Assembly: GCF_032062105.1 (NCBI RefSeq)
Contig: NW_026929284.1
Location: forward strand, 186,001-250,000
DNA length: 64,000 nucleotides
Direction of reading: 5' to 3'
Source of the DNA: Saccostrea cucullata
Taxonomy: Eukaryota
The position numbers and the translations under genes are program-made. The notes under the pieces were generated by a model that was not told the DNA's origin, did not search any database, and saw only the letters and a program-made list of their open reading frames with translations. Below are positions 47,614-59,298 of this stretch, piece by piece (position 1 is the stretch's first letter; each line of letters begins with the position of its first letter).

Positions 47614-50420
47614 ATGTCAGAGGCTCGTCCTTTTAAGATTTGGAATCATGAGCGGACTGTGAAAAAAGGAACTGTCGCATCTTCATTACAAGATTTACTC
47701 AGAAAAGGTTGATTTTTTTAGTATATCTATCTGATTCTTGATCAAGTTGGATTATGTATACCTATGAATAAGAATCTAATTAATATATGGTAACTTATCT
47801 GAGTGTCCAGATGGTAATGTATCTGTACACAAATATGATAAAACGAAGCTGTAGATTTATACTCACAGCAATCAGGTGTAAAATTTGATTGCACTACATA
47901 TATTACTCATATTAACTGACTCATAAGTAGTTTAGATATAATCAAAATATGTACTCGTAAAATTCAGACTATTTTTACCGTTATGTTCAGATCTTTGAAT
48001 TTCATATGGGGTAATTTTTTTTCAATTCATAAATAACTGTTACATTGTCTCTAAATATTTTGCAGCATATATTAATCTGATTATATTTGTAGGGAAGTCA
48101 TCACTGGGAATCCCCGAACCAGAACAAGTAACAGCAGTGTTGGAGGAAGATGGTACAGAGATTTCAGATGAAGATTACTTTGCCTTCATAAGACACAACA
48201 CCACCATCATGTTACTTAGAAATGGGCAAAAGTGGCAGCCAGTTGGAGCAGGTATAATTGTTTTACCACCATTTAAATTATCTGTGTATTATCAAGACTG
48301 TGTGACAATTTTATTTGTAAACTTTGATATAAAAAAGAGTTCAGTATCATATTTACCGGTATATTAAAGATGCATGTTTGCTTTGTTTTAGTGAGTAAAG
48401 CACTTGTAATCAAACACTAACAGTTAACTTTGTTTATTTGTAATTTTATTTTGTCCCCATATACAGTAAAACTCGGTTATAAGGAAGTCACTGGGACCTA
48501 TTAAATTACTTTGTTATAATATATCTGTAATTCATTATATCCGTATAAGGAATTTGCTAGATTCATATTGTTGACTCAAGGACCAACCTAGGGGGCGACT
48601 GAGGCGAAATAGTCGCTTTTGGGCTCCAAACTTCGCCGTACTTTATCTTGAAAGCGAAGTTTAAGTCGCCTTAACATTTGCAACCCCTTTATTAAAAATC
48701 TATTAAGAAACATGGTAGAATCATCAGTAGTTGATAAATCTTGTTTTATTACTGCTGAAATAAACCAAACAGCAGGACACTTGCACCTGTTTCGCTGCTA
48801 ATGACCAATGCATCGAATACTCTGTCGGAAATCCTCTAGATTTTACTCTTCCGGGTATGAAAAAGTCCAATTTTTACAAGTTATGCACAACCAGATGCGA
48901 AACAGCTGGTCAATTATCGATGCCATGCCAAAGATGTTGAAGATGGTTTTAGATCTTTTTATTGCCAAATAATTAATTCATGCTGTGAATACAGGCATAC
49001 TTTACTGTTAATTTGTGAAGTTATTGACCGTTTAAGAAATTACACATCCTGATATACCGAGTTCAATCAGCATGCAGTACGTAGTACATCAAAACTCTTT
49101 TCAGAAAAATTAAATGAAAACAAATTTTGAAGAGAAAATAACAAAATTATGACTATGCAATGAGCCCAAAAATTTAAAATGAAAAGATAGAATTTAATAG
49201 TTAACTGTGCATATTATGCAAGAAATGAAAAAAAAAGTCCGCACGCGCCAAGAAGTCTCCCTAAATTTCAAAACTTCTCCCTAAATTTTGGGTCTAGGTT
49301 GGTCCCTGTTGACTAATGAGATCCAAAATAACTTCGTGAATTCGCAATATCACGATATCCATGAATTTGCAATATCCATGTTCGTACTAAACGAGTTTTA
49401 CTGTATTGGAAAAATATTTTAAATTTTATCTTTTAAACAACAACAAGGAAACAAATTAACAAACTGAAATGCAAGCAACTGCATATAGTACAAATTCAAA
49501 ATTTTACAACAGTGGCTTGAAAAGGTTTTGAAGATTCTTTAGTACATCCAAAGATTTAATTTTATACAGAGAATCAGTTTGGGGGAGACGAGGTAGATAA
49601 TCTAGAGGCAGGAAGTGAGATATCAGACAGGATGAAGCAGTTAATAGCAGGCCTTCATAAAAACATCACAAGAATCATCACCCTGTCAAATGATGATCTA
49701 CAGGTAAAATTGTCAGATTGACAAAAAATGATATATAGGTCAAAATTGTCAAATCTGCAGTTCAGTAATAAAATAATCATACTTGAACTGATACTGGTAA
49801 ACTTATCAGACTGAAAAAATGTGATCCATACGTCAAAACTGTCAAATTTGCAGTTAAAATAATCACACTGTCAATTGAAACAGGTAAAATTGTCAGATTC
49901 AAATGTCAATGTGATGCTCGGGAAAATTCATCTCTGTCAAATGATGATGCATATGCACACTGTCAAGTCAATGGTGTAAATGAAACCATTACATCATTGT
50001 CACATGAAGTCATTACAATATATCAAGATGATAATTGACAACCAATCTCAGACTGTAAAATATTTTTAACTCTCATCTAATGATTCTTGAAGCTTCAATA
50101 TCATTGTGCTTATGTATTTTTTTTTTTTGGTGAAACTTATTAACATGAACAATTAATCAATATCCTAAATATTAATCAGATTTTCCCCCCCTGGATTTTT
50201 TCAGATCATTGTGGGTATGGATGTCCCAATGCTGGCTAACTTGCTGCAGGATACAGAAAATTTCGCTAAATCCATTCAGGAAGCCTGCCAGCGCCACTTA
50301 GATGAACGTAACCAGACCTCGGAGGCTATGGATCTGTTAAGACTTTATCACACCGCCCGACAGTCCAGTCCTTATGTAGAGGATACAGGTCCAAAACGTA
50401 AAAAACATGCACACACGTAA
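47614..50420 (+). CDS. DFFA: DNA fragmentation factor subunit alpha (ICAD/DFF45)-like, 4 coding exons, 200 aa
   Basis: Exons 47614-47707, 48093-48251, 49570-49703, 50205-50420 (603 nt). CIDE-N domain (RPFKIWNHERTVKKG...LEEDGTEISDEDYF...LLRNGQKW), DEVD caspase site, DFF-C-like helical region (LSNDDLQ...IQEACQRHLDER) and C-terminal basic NLS PKRKKH. Confidence 0.88.
48464..49403. mobile_element. Tc1/mariner-type MITE (TA TSD) with a nested element
   Basis: TA-CAGTAAAACTCG / CGAGTTTTACTG-TA. Confidence 0.78.
48577..49308. mobile_element. Nested TIR element with 6-bp TSD
   Basis: CAAGGACCAACCTAG / CTAGGTTGGTCCCTG; TTGACT on both flanks. Confidence 0.8.
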
Positions 50421-50759
50421 ATCAGGGTCATTCTTGTGGTGTAGAAATTAAAACTGAACACATTTTGATCTTTTATGTATTCATACATATGTTTGATTTT
50501 CAATCTCATCTGTTTTGTATAAATTTTTTACCCAAATTTGTTAGTAGAATCGTATTCTTTTTTATTTACATCTATTTCATCTATTAAAAGTTTATTCATT
50601 CATTCAAAGTTTCTATTATAGAAGATTTCTGTTTTTATCTGCCTGTGTATGATTTTTCCATCATTGTTTGATTTCAAAACCATACTTGGAAAAATATCAG
50701 AAGTAAATATTGTGCCATATAAAGAGTAGCCAGAAGTTTTCCTCAGAAAGCGAACATCA

Positions 50760-52063
50760 CAGTGTTTTCAATAAGATTTTGAATAGAAGGAAAAATAGAT
50801 GGAATAGCAGGAAATCAGTCTTGGCGAGGGGTCTGGGGGCCGCCTTAGGCCCCCAGCGGGTCCAGGGCAGAGCCCTGGTAGGGGGCCCAGGGGTGCGAAG
50901 CCCCCCGGACGAAAACGAAATTCAGCATTTTGGACTCACTTTTCTTACCTCTCAGGTCATTAAAAAAGTACTATTTTTTCCACAAATTTTACCTTAAAAA
51001 AGCCAATTAGAAAACAATTTTTGTCTTTTCAACGATTTGTTTGACAGATTTTTGACAGACTGAGTTATTTTTTTCTTCTGAAAACTACGTATCTATTAAA
51101 ACATATAGACAACTTAAGTATGAAATTATAGTACAGACAATATTTGTATGTGTAAAATATTATACTGAAAATTCCACATATTTATTCCCTTTCACAGTCC
51201 GTTCAGAACTTTTATTCATATTTAAAAAAAATTATTTAGTTAAAAATTTAAGATTTTTTAAACACTTGGTGATGTACAGTACCCCCTTAAAATTGAAATA
51301 AACCGCAATCTTAGACTTTTAATAAAATAATCTTTAAACCGATTTAATTTTTTGACATTTTGTACAGATTGTCAGAATAAAGTAATTAAGAAAATGGAAT
51401 TTGATACAAAATACTAGTACATTAAATTCTTCCCAAATGGGAAAACGGTACTGTCCCTGTATTTCAAGAGATCTTACACGAATAAATGAGAATACAATTT
51501 TCAGTTTGATGATATTCTGTAAGAATTTCTACGTCTGAGTCACGTCTTAGCTTAACATTTGATATTTTCATTTTGAGTATATTCTGTAAGAATTCATACA
51601 TTTTTTAGTAAGGTCTTAAAATTATATTGGACTAGATATAGATATTTGCTGTTGTTTCACCGGGGAACCCCTCACTTAATATTGAGTCTGTGGCACAATC
51701 AATTTTAAATCGAAAATTATAAAACACAAACAAATCTTTTCGGAAGGGACCATACTTTATGCCTCTTAATGTATGTGATCTCAAACGCATGTGTTACAGC
51801 AGCAGCACGTTTCTCCACGACTTCGCTCAAATATTCGTTGTCCGCGACGCCATATTACATGACATATCGATCTAATCAAACTTCCTTGAAAAAAGAGCGC
51901 ACTCAAGGGAAGCTACTCTAGATCATGGAAATAGTTGCGATGAAATCTATGGATTTCACGTATCAGCCCCGGCAAAATCCTAATGCCGGAAATTTCATAG
52001 CCGGCAAAATTTCTCGTACAGGCGGTTAATTTTGCCGGTTGCCGGCTCTTATTGAAAACACTG
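50760..52063. mobile_element. TIR element with 6-bp TSD
   Basis: CAGTGTTTTCAATAAGA / TCTTATTGAAAACACTG; ACATCA on both flanks; GC-rich subterminal block. Confidence 0.85.
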
Positions 52064-52848
52064 ACATCAGGAGGCTGTCCTATTCTCTGAAATGAAAGTT
52101 AAAAGATTTGAGGAGCTCTGTTGCATTACACATGAACAGACTATGTCACTTTTAAAAACTTGCATTTAGAATAAAAAGAACAAAAATGATTTTGCATTGA
52201 CTGTGATCATATAAAAAAATAATTGTCTAGGAATCTTTTTGGTAACAAACTTGTTTTTGGTTTACATATCTGATGAAATAGATTGTGATTTTTTTAATGC
52301 ACAATTTCCATACATTTTCATTTGATCTGAAAAAATCTCTTTGTATGGGAAATGACAAAAGATTTGTACAATTTGAAATGTGATACGTATATTTTCTTAT
52401 TTTTTAAGAAACATTCCACTTAAGATTCATCATCCTTTAATTCGCTCATATTTAAATTTCCTCTTACGCTACTCACAATTTTCCTACAGAAATAAGAATT
52501 GTAATTAATATGCATAATTAAGATCCTTTTCAACTTTGCAGTTCATAAAGGAATAAAAATCATCACAATGAGCTATCTTTTTTGTCAGAGGGTTGATGAA
52601 TCTTAAGCTTGTGTGATTTAATATTTGATATATACATTTTTTCGGTTCAATTTAAAGAGTTGTGTTGTGCAGCAAATTTTGAAAATACCTTTCTCTGCAT
52701 AAAATACATTTATTTAATGATATTTTTATGTTTTTTTTTTTGCAAGAAAAATATTTTTTATACATATAATTTCTTAAAAAAATTTATACTGGAAAATAAA
52801 AAAAAATAAAGAAATAAAAACAGAAGTTCTATTTTCCTCTAATGTGTC

Positions 52849-53145
52849 GCCGGCATGGGAAGTGGTTAGTCTACTCTAGAGTTGGGAAGTAAAGGCCGGG
52901 TTGATCCTTATGTCGCAGGTTCGAATCCCACTGTGGGACGTGGAGACTGGTTGTTCGAATGAGACCGTATAAACCTAGGTCCCGTGTCGCAGTAGGTGCT
53001 GGCACAAAAAAGATCTCTCCCTGCTCAATGGCCCGGGTGCCGAGCATAGGACAAAATTTGTAGCTCGATCTCTATGGGCAAGTGGTGGCGTCTCCATATG
53101 AGTGAAAAATTCTCGAGAGGGACGTTAAACAGTATACAATCAATC
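52849..53145 (+). mobile_element. tRNA-derived SINE (Meta-SINE-like)
   Basis: A-box-like GGCATGGGAAGTGG, B box GGTTCGAATCC, central AGGTCCCGTGTCGCAGTAGGTG..GGCAC domain, 3' GAGTGAAAAATTCTCGAG..GGGACGTTAAAC and (CAAT)n tail. Confidence 0.75.
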
Positions 53146-53614
53146 ACATAATATATTGTGTGCTATTTATTTTTTTCCATGCTGTTTGGGGTAAAACTTT
53201 GAGAAGGAAATGTTCTTCATGTTCACTGATGAATGTAAAGTGTTGTGCTTGGTTTCTTTTCCTAGATTTACACCAGGACGGATTTACACATACAACGTTT
53301 CAATCTTTTTTTAAGTACAGATTGTACATCTATCTCCCCTAGATAAATGAGAAATGGGCAGTACACTGTATGCTGAAGTAAATTATGGACTAAGGTTTAT
53401 CATGTCTGTCTGCCCAATGTCAAAAATATAAACACAACCTGAGAAAATAATCCAGCTTCCCCCAATATTCTACGATTCTCCTCCATAAAGGTATTGCTGA
53501 GTCAAGAAATGAATAATAGCTGATTTTGAACTGATTCATCATCCTACTTGTTCTACTTCTAGGACATGAGAATTTTTTAGAAGCAATTAATTGGCAGGGA
53601 TTTATTTCTCAATG

Positions 53615-54863
53615 CAAGGGCGGATTCAGGGGGGTTTGGGGGGGGTTCGGGAAAACCCCCCCGCTCATTGAATTTTTTTTTTTTACAAGTGTCATTTTAT
53701 CATTTTCTTGCATTGATAAGACTCTATTAAACACGAATCCATTGTTCTGTACAACTGTGAAATATATACTTTAACTACATAACAGGAAATCACTTTCCGC
53801 TTGAACGCACACAATACACAGGTAATCAACAGAGAGAGGGGTAGTACGTGCATCTAGTAAAGTCACAAGATCATCGTACAGTACAATGTAGTCAAGTATC
53901 AACAACAGAAAATTGCATAGTTACGGTGCTGCTCAGTGATATTCATTTGCTGATAAAATGCATGGCATTTTATTAACTATTTGAATAAACAATTATATAC
54001 ATGTAGGGTTTTTTATTTTACCGTTTTAAAAATTAAATTAATACATTTTTTTTTCACAAAATCAGGCTGGCTTTCCAAAATCCTCTAGTTTTGATAGATT
54101 CTTCGGTTTAAGTAATTTTTTTTTTTAGTTTGAAATATCACTAATTGTGCATGTGTGTTTATATTCCAAATCATATTGACAGTATACTCAAGTAAATTGA
54201 AAAACACTAATTAGGAATTCTGAAAAGAATCCAATGTTTGATTTTGATTAAGATTGAACATCAGTTGTATCTTAGAAGTCAGCTTGACTAAATTAATTGA
54301 AAATGCATTTAAAGTGAATACAACTTGAAGTCAATTTAACTGCTTGACGTATTCCTAAAATTGTCAGATGTAACATTTTTTTAAAACAAAGTCTAAAGTC
54401 TTGTGTTAAAGTAAAATTACAAGCAATTTGAAACATTTTATTTATCTATATTCTTAAATATTTGTGATGATTGGTCTTTAAAAAAGCTACAAAAAGTACA
54501 AGAAATGCTGGAAAATGCACCATTTTAGAACTATTTAAAACAATTTTTTTTCGGGGGGAGCCCCCCCCCTCCATTTTTTAAAACAAGGTCTAAAGTCTTG
54601 TGTTAAAGTTAAATCAAATTGAAACATTTTATTTTTCTGGATTCTTAAAAATTTGTGATGATTGGTCTTTAAAAAAGCTACAAAAAGTACAAAAGAATGC
54701 TGGAAAATGCACCATTTAGAACCATTTAAAACAAAATTTTCTCGGGGGAGGCCCCCCGAACCCCCACCTATGGGAGGGGGACACCCCCTCCCATGCCCTC
54801 CCCCTTCGGCCCTTTTGGGCATCAAACCCCCCCCCCCCACATGAACTTCTGGATCCGCCACTG
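53615..54863. mobile_element. TIR element with 5-bp TSD
   Basis: CAAGGGCGGATTCAG / CTGGATCCGCCACTG; CAATG on both flanks; internal ~160-bp direct duplication. Confidence 0.8.
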
Positions 54864-55621
54864 CAATGGTCATGTTATTCATGTTTACAAAGTTAAAATT
54901 CAGATCAAGTTTTTAAAGGATAATTTAGTATTTTATAGACATTCCAAAAATCTTATGAGTCAAATGTAACTAAACAAAATTTGTTTTCTGCATCACAGAT
55001 GAAATATGTTTTACAGCATCGGGTTCGAAAATTTTTCGTTTTAAACATCGGGATCGATATCTCCCGTAATGACAGAACTTGAAGTTGAAATGTACTATGT
55101 AGTCGTAGAAAATTTATTGATTCATCAGTTAAATCATTGAATGAAAGTCAGACGAAATCCGAATCAGGTAATTTTTAGAGATAACAAAATTACTGTAGAT
55201 GTTTTCAGTTCATTAACTTCATAAATATTAGGGAATCAGTATTTCACCATTGACAAATGCAATGGATTGGTTTTGATCCACCCCGGGAAAAATGTATTTT
55301 CATAAACGAAAATGCGGTCTAAAATAACGTTGTAAACAATCAATCAACGATAAACATGATAAAACTGACCATATTTTTAAGGAGTCATTTCTTTACGCAT
55401 AAAATTTATGAAAAAATCCACTTTTCCTTCTAAAATTTATTATCATTAGTAAAGGAAAGGAGTGGTGGCCATGTGAAATACCCATCTTTCAAGTTTCAGT
55501 TGAGCTGTTGATTTTGGCTAATTTTAATGTTTCAATTTCACAAGGAATTATTTCAGTATTCAGTAAATAAAATATTTTAAACTGTTTATATTTGGGCATC
55601 ACTTTCTTGAGTCATTGAGTA

Positions 55622-56793
55622 CATACATGCCAACTTTTGAAAATTCCCATGGGGGATTTTGCGCGTGACGACAATTTTCAAAGCTTTAAATTCGCGACAT
55701 TTTGTAGTGAAAATAAATGATTATGAAATACTTTTTTTTAATTATAATATTGATATCACTTATTAATACAGCACAAATAAAACAATACAAATTAAAGTTT
55801 TATTTTTCCAAATTTAAATATCTTTGCTTTTTATAGTTGTCACTCTGTTTTATTAATTTACATTTTGTTTCTGGTATGTACCCTTAAAATCAAGTGTCAC
55901 TTTATTCTCTATAAGTACCGGTAAGTATATAGACAGTGCATAATTAATTTTATCTCACACACAAAACAATTTGGAGAAATAGGCCTAATTAAATCATTAA
56001 TTTTTTAACAAAAGCTCCACCCACCCATCCCAAAGAAAAAATTAAAATTGTAAAAGACTACATAATGAACATGATGAGCTTTTGCAGTCTTGGCAGTGCC
56101 ATATGGGTCTCTGGTATTTCCTTAAATTGACATATATGTAAACAAAGAAATACAATGTACAATATGAGTATGATCTATGGGAGAAGGGGGGGGGGGTGGT
56201 TGATTCAGTGTACTTAACATGAGATTATTATTTAATCAAATTATTTTCAATATTTTTTTAAATTGACAAAGTATACAATATTTTTATTATTAGCAGTTAA
56301 AATCAGCAGCTATATATGCTTTGAAATTTTCTACTTTCGTTTTCAAAAAAAAAAAAACGATCTTTTTGGATTCCAATTTTATTCTTTGATTATCATTATA
56401 TTGACTTTAATTTTTGTTTTTACTACAATGACTAATAATTAAGCCATTAATCTATGTGTTTCACTTTGCATACCCCTTCAAACTGAATCCCCTAACTGCT
56501 CCAGGCTATAAGCTACCTGTATCTGGACAGCAGTGTGTGCGTTGAAGCGAGAAGTGATTTCCTGTGGCTAATTAACTGCATGCTAAGTAAACAATGAGAC
56601 TTATCTGTGTGCATTGAATAAACAACTCTGATATTCTTATCCCGATTGACAAAATTCGGCGGTAGGGAAACTTGAAATCTGAATTTTTTTCAAATCGGGA
56701 AATTGGGTCAATTTTTCTCTCCCGATCGGGAAGGCGGGATGAAAGGGTAAAATCGGGAGGATCCCGCCTAAATCGGGAAAGTTGGCATGTATG
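55622..56793. mobile_element. MITE with CATACATG termini and 6-bp TSD
   Basis: CATACATGCCAACTTT / AAAGTTGGCATGTATG; TGAGTA on both flanks; shares the subterminal CCCGATTTAGGCGGGA with 12936-13816. Confidence 0.85.
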
Positions 56794-57608
56794 TGAGTAC
56801 AATTGCTGGAAATCCTAAGATTAATGCCTCAATCCCACCCTCGCAATGCCAATGGTCCTGCTCGTCAACATGTTGCTGTTAGACCTCTCAGGCAAATTTC
56901 ATTTAATATTTTAAGGCTTGCTTTTCCTATTGTCAAGCACCAATCAGATTATTTTTAAAATTGATTGCTAATCAGATTTGAATGATCAGTTCAGTTGTGT
57001 TATGTTGTAAGCATTTTCACATATCTGCACTGTTTATAGAACTTTTGAGATCTATCAGATTGTTATCAATATCTTCATCATTCATTAGAAGTATAAGACA
57101 GTATAGATGATTGAAATATTGAAATCTAAATCTAACGTTATATCTTTATTTATGGTGTCTGAAGATCTTGTCATTGTAAGGAAGGTGTACATCATCATTC
57201 CATTTGTGAATTCATTCTGCATGCTGTTTTAATGGTGTTTGAATAAAAAAATTCTGAACTAAATAATAGTAAATTTTTTATTTGAACAATCTAATGCAAT
57301 TTTAATAGCTATGTTTTATTAGAATAAGTCTAGTTTATTTTAAATAATTCTTTTTAGGTCAGTTTGCTAATTTTGAAACAGAATAATCTAGACATGATGT
57401 GATTTTTGGCCTGTAAACAAAGGTTGGCCAGTGAAGATGATACAGTGGTATCCCTGGGTTATTCTCTTATGAAAGACTGTTTTTGAGTAAAATGTGTGCA
57501 GTTGTCAATATCTCTCTCTAAATGTGTTCAATTTGAAGATGTGTACTGCTTTTTGTGGATTAATATCCAACAAGTTCTGAAATGCATTAAAAATGAAAAA
57601 GAAATTAA

Positions 57609-59298
57609 GAGGCAGTCCACTGAAAATCAGGCAATGGGTGGCACATCGCATGTCATGGATTTTTATTATTTTTTGCATGTAGACTTATAAAAGCAAGTGT
57701 TTACACATGACAACATCAAAAAAATTTTTAATGCTCCACTAGTCCTATTTTTGGTAAGTGCTCAATTTTAAGTGAAAAAAGGTCAACAGGGGGGTAAAAA
57801 ATATTACTACTTTTTTATTTTGTTTTATATGTACCAGATACGCAAAACCTGGATGTGTCTATCAATATTATTTATACCATAGACTCTTATCTTTAATTTT
57901 ATAAATGAATAAGACTCCAATTTATATTTCTTTAGAAAAAATTATGTGGTCCAAAATTGAGTTTACCAAGTAACTTTTTGAATTCATTATCCAATTTTCA
58001 TTACGTTATAAAACCCAATACATTACGATGACAGATTTTTTTAGAATTGGCCAACATAGTCACATGTTTAAACTCCATATTAAATGTGAGTGTGTGATTG
58101 TTTAAATCGCCTAATAAAAAAAATAACATAATTTAAAAAAAAAAAAAACGAAATGTTTCACTAAACCATCTTCCGTTTTAATGCCAAATTATAGTGGGGA
58201 ATTCAGTAGTAATCTAACTCAGTAAATATATTTTTATAACATTTTTCAAATTTTTTTTTCATTGTTAATCGTACCGCGGATTGTTTCTTTTGATTTGACT
58301 GCATAGGTAAATATATTAATATCATGAGGTAAACATATCTCAACTTCGTTGAATTAAATGTTGCGTAAATCTAAAACATTCATCATTGATTCCAAACTTT
58401 ATAAGAATTGTTCATTTATATAAACACTTCATTAATTATTTTTACGCATATCATAGTAAATCAGTAAAAAAAAAAAGTTCTCAGACATGTATAAAAGTAC
58501 TTTTCAAAACGGACTTGTTTTAATACATCTACCTGAGACGCCGCCCGTGTATATAAAAATGTATTCTGCAGAGTAATTACACAGAAAAAGAGAAATCATT
58601 TAAATCTTTTTCTTTACACTTTATGCAAAGAATCTACAAACTTCTCTGGAAAACTTGCAACTATTTCATTGTGACGCAATATTAGTCAGGTATATGACGT
58701 CACTGATACATCAATGGAAACGTGATTTCAACCTGAATAATATCGCCAATTTTTATCTAAATATAACGTTTGGAGGCGAAAATGAATTATATTTTGAAAA
58801 TATGTAAGTTATTTTTTGTTTAATAATTTTCTTTAGTGCATCGATTCTAAATATTTCACTAGGATTCCGATAAAAAGGTGTATAGCAGATTTACCGATGC
58901 CACGGGAGATAACTCTTGCATAACAAAATTTCATTAAAACGTCTATATATTTTGCCAGAAAACTACTATCAAAAGTGTTTTGCCCACCGATTTTATTTTT
59001 GAAACTGATAGACGAAATATTTCTAGATTTAGTTCAGCATGAATTATAGTCCTTTTAAAAATGTATTGGAAATTACAGTTCTTTGTTTCTGACCTAAATT
59101 CAATGGTTTATATAGGGGAATTCAAGAACACGAAACAAACGGATATTTTACTAAATAAGCAATTTTCAAAAAAATCTTCCATTACATTATTCCATTTGGA
59201 CTACATTGATATTGTTTTCAATAAAATATCAAATATTCGTCACATTCGATGTGCTGCCTATTAATACAATCCTGCCTGGTTTTTCGGCGGACTGCCTC
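57609..59298. mobile_element. 1.7-kb TIR element with TTAA TSD (Kolobok-like)
   Basis: GAGGCAGTCCACTGAAAATCAGGCA / TGCCTGGTTTTTCGGCGGACTGCCTC flanked by TTAA. Confidence 0.8.

Noticed and set aside
44485-47636. ATG GCA G|gt at 44485 as the first coding exon of DFFA
   Set aside because: A phase-1 join to the 47596 acceptor reads GENLTCDVRGSSF-stop, out of frame with the CIDE-N domain.
52849-52935. Functional tRNA gene
   Set aside because: A and B boxes are present but there is no cloverleaf, and the sequence continues into a SINE body and tail; the same applies to 37582-37664.
50710-56802. GC-rich ORFs at 50710, 54535, 54662 and 56572
   Set aside because: They lie in subterminal GC-rich blocks of MITEs and have low complexity and no domain motifs.
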